A stretch of DNA of 62,758 nucleotides, filler included, from Asterionella formosa (Eukaryota): NCBI GenBank assembly GCA_002256025.1. It is 24 parts of 24 records of this genome, joined end to end, with 100 filler letters (N's around TTAATTAATTAA, not from the genome) between each part and the next. Parts side by side here need not be neighbours in the genome. Positions count along the whole stretch, not along the records: positions 49,813 to 52,322 come from NKIB01015175.1; positions 52,423 to 54,932 come from NKIB01015176.1; positions 55,033 to 57,542 come from NKIB01015177.1; positions 57,643 to 60,148 come from NKIB01015178.1; 20 more parts are not named here. The stretch is one strand, 5' to 3'. How positions within the stretch are numbered: position 1 is the first letter of the stretch; each line of letters begins with the position of its first letter. The position numbers and the translations under genes are program-made. The notes beneath the pieces are model-generated. The model saw only the letters and a program-made list of their open reading frames with translations. It was not told the DNA's origin and did no database searches. Of this stretch, positions 49,813-60,248 are shown piece after piece.

Positions 49813-51301
49813 CAGCTGCTGTTATATTGCAGCGTACGAACCAAGTTGACAAGTGAGTGCGACTTGCCAATTCCATGCGGTCCTTTGATCATGATTCCAG
49901 TCCGACGCTTTTTCTTGAAGGCATCTTCAACCACTTTCATCATTTCCTCTACAATTTTAGGGCGATATAAGATTCCCCTACTTTCGCAGTCGTCGAACCG
50001 CACCGGTTGGACATTTTCAATCCAGTAACTTTCAGTTGGGGAAAAAGCGGGTAAAGTAGGATCAGGAGGAGGTAAAGTAGGAGCAGAAAGAGGTAAGGTA
50101 GGGTCAGAAGGAGGTAAAGTAGGAATAGAAGGACTTTTTTTCGGATCAATCATGTAGATATGCATTGTCTTGGGAATTCTTCGCACTTGCTGATCCGCCT
50201 CCAAGCGCTTGAAATGAACGTAGAGCTTCTCCTTTATAAGAAATATTAAGGACGAGGCTTCCTCCTGGTCAAAATCTTGATTCCGCTCCTTCTTCAAGTC
50301 ATCAAATTGAAGTTTGAGCCTTTCGTCTAAAACCTTTATTAAGGAGGCTTCCTTCTGCTCATCATTTTGTTTCTGGCGTTTCGTCGTTCCTTGGTCTTTT
50401 CAACAGTAGCGAGTATTTGTATGGGATAAATGATACGAAATGATACGTGAGTATTAGGAGCTGTGACCTACAATACAATAGAAGGTATTCCATGAGATCA
50501 AAACACGTACCAATATCAGGTTGGATGACCACGATCACAAACGCAGTGTCGTCGCTAGTCCCCCAATTCAGATGAACAACCGGACCTCCAGATCTCAGGG
50601 TTGGATCATCAGCTCCCTCAGAGACCGGCACTTGAGTTCCAGGTGGGTACACACGGAGCTGCGCTGAGGAAGCACCTTGAAGATTGTCACCACATTCAAT
50701 CTTCACAGCTTTCATCAAGTCAGAAATGACATCATTCTTCTTCAACGTGACATAAACTGGCAATAGTCCTGCGTTTCCACGGAACAACTGGAACCAAACC
50801 TTCATTGTTGTCGACATGATGGTTGTGGGTACCATTAAGGAGACTTCCTCCTGCTCATCATTTCGTTTCTGGCGTTTCGTCGTTCCTTGGTCTTTTCAAC
50901 AGTAGCGAGTATTTGTATGGGATAAATGATACGAAATGATACGTGAGTATTAGGAGCTGTGACCTACAATACAATAGAAGGTATTCCATGAGATCAAAAC
51001 ACGTACCAATATCAGGTTGGATGACCACGATCACAAACGCAGTGTCGTCGCTAGTCCCCCAATTCAGATGAACAACCGGACCTCCAGATCTCAGGGTTGG
51101 ATCATCAGCTCCCTCAGAGACCGGCACTTGAGTTCCAGGTGGGTACACACGGAGCTGCGCTGAGGAAACACCTTGAAGATTGTCACCACATTCAATCTTC
51201 ACAGCTTTCTTCAAGTCAGCAATGTCATCATTCTGATTCAAAGTAACTTTAAAGGGATCTAGGGCTGCGTTTCCAAGAAACAACTGGAACCAAACCTTCA
51301 T
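49813..51301 (-). CDS. Crinkler-type protein with two tandem Ubl header domains and a P-loop NTPase; exons 51301-51007, 50891-50511, 50395-<49813
   Basis: VWFQL...IADLKKAVK...QLRVYPP...AFVIVV header twice; identical 115-nt GT-AG introns (50892-51006, 50396-50510) whose removal gives one frame through IKGPHGIGKSHSL. Confidence 0.85.
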
Positions 51302-52422
51302 TGTTTTCTAACTGATGGTGGTGGGTACCTGGTTGGGAGTACAAGACAATGAAAGTGAGAGGAGAGGAGAAGAGAAGAGGAGAACCTTCTGTCAATCATT
51401 CAACAAGGGTGAGGAATGTTGTGACTGATTTGAAACATCATGATACCGGTACCGGCATTCTTCTACCGGTATTTGCTTTCGTTGCTGTCATGGTACTCTT
51501 GTCATCGTGGACTTCTACCAGTATACATAATGCACTCCGCTCATTTCCCTGGGATTTCCGGGAAAGTCCGAATATTGCGAATATTTGTCCGTAAATATTT
51601 AATCAAACCGGTAGAATTTTTTTCCTCGTTTGGGGAGTACATTCTACCTCATCATTATAACGAGGTTAGGGTTAACATTGATATTTTACAGGGCGAAAAT
51701 TCTTTCCATTGTATTGTTATCAACCATCATGCCTTGTGAATCAAGAATACCTCCTGTAGCAGATAAGTGTGTACAATATAATATAATAATAAAATCATCA
51801 TGACAAGGACAAGAGGACCATGATAAATACCTCGGTACCGTAGACTATCTTGCCGACATCACACGGTACCTGGTATGGTAACTGGCACAGTCATATGTCG
51901 CCATATTCATATGCATTTGACCATGTTTCAGTTGGTGGTTTGGTTTGGAGGTAGGGGTGGTGATCTATGTGAGGGTTTATCATGATACCCCAGAGTAATA
52001 AATATTTTTAATTTACCGGTAGTAAGTCCCGGTATATCATGTGATTTTTACCTTGCATACTGAATACGTATGGATACTGACGACCGGTACCAGGTACCCA
52101 GTACGATGGTATGTACACAATTTGAACAAAAGTTACCTACCAGTGCAACAACGCTCTATTGCTACATAATGAACATAACGGTAAGCAATTTTTAAACCTC
52201 TTATCATTAGAATGCTGGAAAGCTAGCTGTATACCTGTACCGGTACGCGTGTGTTTCGTCCCTACAATGGAAGACGAGTGGTACGAAGACCAATACTGCG
52301 CATCAAGCAACGGAACGGAGCGNNNNNNNNNNNNNNNNNNNNNNNNNNNNNNNNNNNNNNNNNNNNTTAATTAATTAANNNNNNNNNNNNNNNNNNNNNN
52401 NNNNNNNNNNNNNNNNNNNNNN

Positions 52423-54932
52423 CAAAGAAAAAATCGGCGCACAACGTTACGTTGTGGTGATGCTCCAGGATTGGGGCAGGAATCGGTTCGGCCACAAACG
52501 TTGGCGCTCTTGGGGCGGCGCGCGACCGCGTAGTTTTACCTTTTATGACGGCGATGTCTGGACCGTAAATAATGAGGGCGCGCTTGGCGTCGTCTGGCGT
52601 CACTGGGCAATTTCTAATCAAGTTGTTCCGTAGAATGGATTGGAATTCCGCCTCGGCAGGCCGCCCGATCTTTCTATACAAGTCTCTGGCTACATTGGCT
52701 GATTGAATTTCAAATCGTGAGAATAGTTTCTTCTGTTCTGCTACTGTGGATAGCATGGTATAACCTGTAACACTGTCGTTAGTATCGTTGTTGCAACTAA
52801 ACACATATAGTCCTGAGGGGTGCTCGAGAAATTTCATCACAGTTCCATCGAGTCTATGGACAAACATCGCGGGCTCGTCCGCAGAGTCCATGGTGACGCG
52901 GCATACCTTGCGCACCTCAGCAAGGGAGAGGATGTTGGCAATTGATTCACGGTTGTACCAAACCTTACCCAAGTTGGGAAAATCTCCTACCATGTTGGAG
53001 TCCTGGTAGCCCCCATTTGTGAGCGCCCTGAGTACGTAAGAGCTACGCCGGATGTTGCTGAGCATGTCGGCGTTCTTGAACACGGAGATTGTCGACTGCG
53101 AGTCGAGAAGGATCTACTTAGGATCAATCCCAGGGTCGCCGGTCTGTGCAAGCATGTATGCATACTGCGTCAAAGTAGTGCCTGAGGTTGTCGATCCCTG
53201 CCTGTCCCCGGCAGTAGTGTCCTAGGCTTTGGCAGTTGTAACAGATGATGCCATCATGTAACACTCCATTATTGCCTGCGATTTCGCCACGTTGCGCAAA
53301 CGTCATTGCACTGGCTTCAGGGCTTCCAGTCGGCTGGGAGCGTGGTGTATCTGTCCTGACGCTGGTGTTTGTTGGAGTTCTGTAGTTGACGAGAAGGCTT
53401 TGGGCTGACAACAAATCGGTGGGGTACTGGTCAATTCCCATTGCATACTGGTTTGACAGGTCAGTGATGAGGGTGCCATACCTGGTGGGGTCAGCACTTC
53501 GAATCAAAGCGATTGCAAGCGTGCGTTCGCGTGCGATCTCCTTTCGCTCTTCAGTGCTACGCCCATTCCCGTCCTGATCCTGGAAGGGTACCAGTTTGTA
53601 ATTTGCTGCCACAGTGCCGCCATGGTACTCGATGGTCTCAGCCCATCCTCGCAAACACTCGACGTAGTCTTCTGCGGACTGTCCTTGTAACTGACGACAA
53701 TTGAGGAAACTGGTCTGGGCGTCCAAAAGTGCAATGAAACCATTCCTGCTCTGATCGAACTGTAAAGTAATCGACTTGATCTGTTTTAGAAGCCAAAAAC
53801 AATCGTTGTTGGCAGTCTTGTCCTTGTAGTCATCGTGCGTTTTGACCTTTGCCTTCATGTCATCACTACACTGGCCCCAAATCACCGCATACACTGTTGC
53901 TAGGTTGCTCTTCAGGGTATGATTGCGCTTGACATACGTTTTTACTTCTTCTGCGAAAATCATTTTCATGGTCAGTCCTGCATCGTCATCTAGGTCATCT
54001 GGCATGTCTACCATGGGAACCGCCATGGTGTCGGCAAACAAAGGGGCAAGGTCTTCAGAGTACTTCAGTGTTTTCCTCACATATCCGTCTAGAGCTTCTA
54101 ACGTTTTGGCGTACTGGCGTCTGTCACTTTGTTCTTCATAGCATTCAAATACGTTCCCGTTCATGCCCTCTGTGCTGCCCTTAAAAATGCCACGGTTGTT
54201 GCTTGTCGCTTGTGTCCTTGCCCGGCCGCCACGGCTCCCGCGCGGACGGTTGTCCCTTCGCCCTCTCCCACCGGTGCTGCCGTGTCCACTCGCTAAGCTG
54301 CCGCTTGTCGTTGCGTCTGGGGTGGCGCTCATGGGGTTCGTCGGTTCCTTGATTGGTGGCTGCGGCCTTCAGCTGCACTACTCGAATCTATAAAGTGTTC
54401 AAAACCTCGGTTGAAATGTCGAAACTCCAGCCTTCCATGTGAATGGCTGTTCCTTTTGTTTTGTTTTATTTTTATTTTATCTCGAAACAATGTTGTAACA
54501 ACTACCGTATTCGACCGTATCGTAGGCCTTGAACCTAGTACTGTGTTAATCGAATACAGTTGATGAAATTGATAGCAACGAGGAAGTTGTCAAACTTAAA
54601 CTTTCGCTTTACTAACTGGATTGTTTCGAGATAATGGTCTCGAAACACTCTTATTACTCACATTGCATTTTAACATTTTTTCCTGACCTCTGATTGCTTT
54701 TCCTTGCGTTGTGCCTTTTACCACGTCAGCCCAGGTAAATCTTTGTAGCGGCTGTACGGTTTTAACTGTAGTACTGTTCTCTCTCGTGTCCACTATACCC
54801 TTCATGCCTGTCCTGTGGCAGTCAGCTCGCATTTTTCCAACACGCTCCTCGGCTGTTGCCAGGGAACTGGCAGTCAGGGTATCGACGTGCGCAGCTCCTA
54901 GAAGCACATTTCGGAATGTTCTGAACAGGTTT
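52423..54932 (-). mobile_element. CoDi-like Copia element: pol end - LTR (54491-54842) - gag (53124-54332) - protease / pre-integrase; defective
   Basis: Near-identical reverse complement of 60249-62758; frameshift in the Zn knuckle; TAG in place of Trp before ILLDSQST. Confidence 0.9.
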
Positions 54933-56748
54933 NNNNNNNNNNNNNNNNNNNNNNNNNNNNNNNNNNNNNNNNNNNNTTAATTAATTAANNNNNNNNNNNN
55001 NNNNNNNNNNNNNNNNNNNNNNNNNNNNNNNNCAATTGTTTAACTATCCTTCAAATAGGTCGAATGGCGGAATTTGTTTTTTGTACCAAATGTGAAGAAG
55101 TTTCTCCTATCGTTCAAGTTGATGGCAAGAGCACAAGTGATGACGGACAAATCGCTCGAATCATGCAGCAGCAAGAAGATGACGTGGCTTTGACAAGGAA
55201 AGTGGGTTGAAGATGATGTGCATCCAACTCCTGAATTCGGTTGTGTTTAAGCTAACATTTCTACATTATTGATGTTAAAAATCTAAACTTTGTGATTTGA
55301 TATCTATTTCTTGTAGTGATCTGGGGACTGTTATTTTCACATTTAATGTTGCTAAATTCGGGTTGATGTCGCTACAATTCTTGGACTTTAGAGAGATCAA
55401 GGAGTCGCACAACATGTTGCGCTTGAGATGGCAGCAATTTTTCATTCCTTTCACTCACAATCTATGCTTGTTTCTTGCTTCGCTCTCATGACCTTTTCAG
55501 CAAATATACGGTACTTTGTATTCACTATTATACAGAATAATTGATGAGTCATTATTCACTCTTGATGGTCATCACGCACGCTTGATTTCAAAATAGCAAA
55601 ATCAGTTGACTGCCAACTAAATATTTCGGATTATTTTTGGACTAATATGGTGCCATGCAACCTCCTCTCCTTCTGCCAAGAATAGTTGGTTTATTCATAG
55701 GAGGAATAAAAATGCATCATCGATGACCAGTTCAACAATTGTCATCGCTGTTGCTTGGATACGATCAGAGTGACCACGCCAAAATTCAAGCATTGGCCCC
55801 CAATCACACTTGCATCATGATACATATTAATTTAAACTCTGAGTATAATGTACCGGTAGTAGTACTGCCTATATTGTTGTATATTATGCATGGTCGTGTG
55901 ATGCACCTCATTATAGAAATCTGCCAGGCCAGTGTCATTTCATTGCAGCCTAAACTACACCTATGATAGTGCACAGCAAAGAAAGAATCCGAGAACAGAG
56001 TGTGACTAGCAACTTGGCTGTTGGTCATGTTCCAGAAACAGGAAAGGGTCACTCTTCTTTATTATCCGTTTATAATCTATTAGCTGCGGCTAGAGTTATA
56101 GTCTAGGCTACGTTCTCTTGGTTTGTTATGGGATACCAGTACCTCTTTCACAGCTGTACGATAAAAAGCGTGGGATAAACTGTGTGTTTTGGCAGGGAAT
56201 ATTCTCAATGAGAACTTACCGAGCCTTTTTCATGTGAAACTAATTCTTGTTCATTGGCGCAAATGGGACTGGGCTGCCATGCCATTTCTCAGAGGTTCAC
56301 CTCATGTACCTAGAGCCTCCCCACGAGTATTGACACGCTCCTTGCATGTTTTGGATCTCAGTGTTATTTGCAAGATTCTCGTGGCCATTCTATGATTAAA
56401 CATGCATTCTGATTCGAATTGGTACAGTGCAACATTCCCAAACAACGCTTCTTGCCACTAGTCTACAGTGACGGCTTTGCGAGGACTGTTTCTACTGTCA
56501 AGCCACGACCGACGATTCTACACTAGGAAGAAAGTGTGGTCCCCTTTTTGAACATTTAACCTCAAATGGATTCTAAAATCGCACATGAATATGTCTCGCC
56601 TGGTCGATATACTCTAGTCTATGCCTCTTGAGATATTCTAAACGACGCTATTTTATAATTCAACAAAAGAGGAACATTATTATTGGTGTGAGGGCGACAA
56701 TACGACACTTTAGCATCTTGCATTGTACGAAGCCTTCCCAACGCTATT

Positions 56749-57542
56749 TCATCTTTGGTCGTCATAGATTCGCTTGCCCTTGTAATAAGTTTTGGCAGTG
56801 TTGCGCGACCGAAACGCATTCTTCATTCCACTCCGCTTCTTTCTGTCCTCCAAATGCTGCTGCACTCTGCGCCTGGCAATGATTTCCGCTTGCGATCGAC
56901 TCTGCGCAGTGAACACTGAAATTTCATCTTCATTGAGAAGTATGTCACGGACATGATCTTCGGCAGCATCATCGGAATCGTAGTTGTAATCGCCATTCTC
57001 AACAGCTTTATCATCTGGAATAACAGGCACGCTGTGGTGGACTGCTTGTTCTGGCTCGAAATGAGCAATTTCAGGAGATTCAGTGTTGGAACCTTCGTCA
57101 TTTTCCTCACTACTTTCGTCCTGTTCGTCGTGCTCATCTGGCGCATCCAATCCACCCTTATTGACTACGACCGTGTCTGTGAAGTAAAATAACTCCATCT
57201 TTCGAGAAGCATCCCGATCGGAAAACCCGCTGGCTTGCAATTCTTCGTCCAATCGTAGCTGTGCACGACTTGCCAGGCACGTTGATTGATCGTCGGGAAC
57301 TGCATTTTCTGTAGGTTTCGTTACATCTTCCCATCGCGGAATCATGTCTTCCCAACCATCTTCAGGGATGCACTTGAGTTTCATGACAAAGAATCGTTTC
57401 AAGCACTCGCAATCACGTTCATACAAATCCTTGGCGTTGGGATGTCGGGTTGATACCATTTGAGGAAAGTCAATCAGAGTTACAATGGGTCGCGGTTCAC
57501 CGTTCGCCAATACTTGAGCAGGTTTGGGAGCTTCTTCAGTGA
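56749..57542 (-). CDS. RIO2: RIO2 atypical kinase, C-terminal part
   Basis: LIDFPQMVSTRHPNAKDLYERDCECLKRFF, RLDEELQASGF, acidic tail and terminal RN..K motif. Confidence 0.9.
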
Positions 57543-57642
57543 NNNNNNNNNNNNNNNNNNNNNNNNNNNNNNNNNNNNNNNNNNNNTTAATTAATTAANN
57601 NNNNNNNNNNNNNNNNNNNNNNNNNNNNNNNNNNNNNNNNNN

Positions 57643-58748
57643 TCCGGAGCTGGAAGTCCATGCTGGATGGTGCAATGGTTGTGGTTCCGGCGGAGGTGGC
57701 GGAGATTCCTCTGCAGGAAGAAGGTGTGATTCAGAGGCAGGTGTTGATGAAAAAAATCGCTCACCCGGGCCGCTCTCCAAAAAGTGCTGCTGATTTCGAA
57801 GGATTGAAGACTCTTTTTGACCAGTTGCGGCTTCAAGATAGGGCCTGCACCACCAGGATGCTCAGTGTTGAGCTTAAGAGGCAACCTGGGAACGAAAATG
57901 TGTCGCTGAAGGCACTTGAAAAACGGATCAAGCGCTGGCTTGCCCGTGAGGACATTGTCATTAGGCGTGTGACTCGTGTCGCCCAAAATACAAGGCTGGA
58001 TCAGGAGACAATTCAAGATTTTGTTTCCTACGTCAACAATCAAATTGCTGCGTTCGAATTTCCTGCTGGAAACATTGTCAATATTGATGAGACAAACATC
58101 AATTTTGACATGTTTGGATCAAAGACTTTGGCAACCCGAGGCGAAAGGACCATTGGGCTTCGAACAACAGGAAATTCGAATCGTTGCACTGTGTTGTTAG
58201 GGGTGACAATGAGTGGTGAGAAGTTGCCACCATTCATTGTATTTACAGGAACAAGGGATGGACGTATTTCCAGGCAATTGGGATTACTAGACAACAATCA
58301 ACAACTTTTTCCGGTCAGTATTAAATACGCTTGTCAACCCAAAGCTTGGGTTGATACAGACATATTTTTACAATGGATCGAAAAAGTTTGGCAACCATTT
58401 GCGTTGGGAAAAGGCGGTGAGCCTACTCACCTTCTTATGGATGATTTTACTGTCCACAAGGTAGGACGTTGTGTTGATGCAATTAAAAATTGCGGCACTG
58501 AGATTGATTTCGTCCTCCCAGGCTACACATCTAGACTTCAAGTGTTGGATGTAGGAGTTAATAAGCCCTTCAAGGACTACATGAGAGGATATTGGGAAGA
58601 CTACATGGTTGCCAATGTGGATAATCCCAAGGTGCAAAGGCACCACATTGCACAATGGGTAGAGATGGCATGGGCTAGAGTCTCAATTCAAACAATCACC
58701 AATACCTGGAAGAGCATTGGATATGAGGGCTTTGCTGATGTTGACTAG
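57643..58748 (+). CDS. pogo-family DD35D transposase (5'-truncated by the contig start)
   Basis: Intact NIDET / MDDF / QVLDVGVNKPFK and C-terminal WVEMAW..VS...I.NTWKSIG. Confidence 0.93.
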
Positions 58749-58987
58749 TCAATAAGGATTGGATTATTTGATAATCTATTTTAACATTTAGTTTTAGTGA
58801 AACAATCATTATCGTCAATGAGATTCAGGATGGCATTTCCTAATAGGCAAATAAATTAAGCTGATGACTACAAAAAACCCAAAACGGAGTGATTCTAATG
58901 CTGAAAATGCTAATTTCTAATACTATTATGAACATTCTAGTGTAGATTGGTTGAAGTATTCAAAGGCTTGTCCAGTTTTCATAACAT

Positions 58988-59380
58988 CTATTCCTGAATC
59001 TGGATGTCCTCAAGAAGCCGGAATGAACAAACTCCAAGGTTATTGTGGCTTTTTGCCCTTTTGGCAGCATTTTCACTAGAGTCATAGAGTTCAATAACTT
59101 GAGCAAACTTGTTGACAAACTTGTCACTTGTTTTCTTCAAAGCTGCAATATTCTTGCCAAGGAAACCAACTGTGCACAGTTCCGTCCCATCAAGGATCAG
59201 AACAGCCTTGATACCTGCCTGATCAACTCCATCAATCGGGACCACTGCTGCCTTGAACCGAACACAATCATTCGGCCTCACAATTGCCCCACAGCAGGCA
59301 TGCTGCTCACAGCTTCTTCCATTGGTGGTACCTCTGAGGCCAAGGATTTCGCCATCACGAATGTCGTCCGCAATCATCAT
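58988..59380 (-). CDS. 130-aa HIRAN-like protein with a CxxHxxC motif, inside the transposon TIRs
   Basis: Intact ATG-to-stop ORF; EILGL...NDCVRF...AGIKAV...TVGFLGKNIA resembles the HIRAN pattern (ivG...l.l...aikV...vGyip...a); fold call made by eye only. Confidence 0.65.
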   Translation of the reverse strand: MMIADDIRDGEILGLRGTTNGRSCEQHACCGAIVRPNDCVRFKAAVVPIDGVDQAGIKAVLILDGTELCTVGFLGKNIAALKKTSDKFVNKFAQVIELYDSSENAAKRAKSHNNLGVCSFRLLEDIQIQE

Positions 59381-60248
59381 GTTGCCAACCGGTATATGTG
59401 ACGATATTTTACAGGTGATGATACTTTACCGGAAACAGTAGGGTACCGGTAATATACGAAAATACATACTAATAAATAGAATACGTTTATGTTGTGTTAT
59501 TTTTTCTGTACACAGGAAATATTTGGGAGTGTTGCGCCAGATGTACAAAGGGGGGTACAGGTATCTGGGGGGATACGAGACACCAGGTTTTACCGTACCT
59601 GATACCTGGTACCAGTACTCCGAGTAAGACCTGGTACCAGGTACCAGGTACCTGATACCGCCACGGAGTAGCACAGCTACGTTATGTACGGTATATCCTG
59701 GCTAAGAATATTGGTGATACTACTATGTAGCAGGGCACCAGGTATTTCAGGTACCAGGTACCAGGTACCATCCCGCAGACAACATCACATACTAAAATAC
59801 GGGTACCGGTACTAATGGGTCCTATCATCGCGTAGGAAACGAAGTCGTCGTGCCTCAGGGACGCGACGAGACGAGGATTCAGATTCAAAGATTCTGGTTT
59901 GCACACCGTCGCTGATAAAGCAATTTTCTCAAGTCGTGTCTCATGTTGATTGGATCTGGTTCGCACGACGTTGCTCATAAAACAGATCAAAAATCGATCT
60001 ATAATCCCATACTGCATACTATTCAAATTCTTCTAAATCGCACCAGAATGAAGGCATCCTTCCGTTCAGAACCTCCTCCCTTCTCCGAAGACTTGATTGA
60101 AAATTCCTTGAAGCTCAAGTGGTTTCTCCAAATGATGCATGAGCTTGGNNNNNNNNNNNNNNNNNNNNNNNNNNNNNNNNNNNNNNNNNNNNTTAATTAA
60201 TTAANNNNNNNNNNNNNNNNNNNNNNNNNNNNNNNNNNNNNNNNNNNN

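Larger units (their letters stand above)
57643..59595 (+). mobile_element. pogo/Tc2-type transposon, right part (transposase, second gene, right TIR)
   Basis: Almost identical to 14719-15678 in the overlap; ends GGATACGAGACACCAGGTTTTACCG|TA. Confidence 0.92.
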
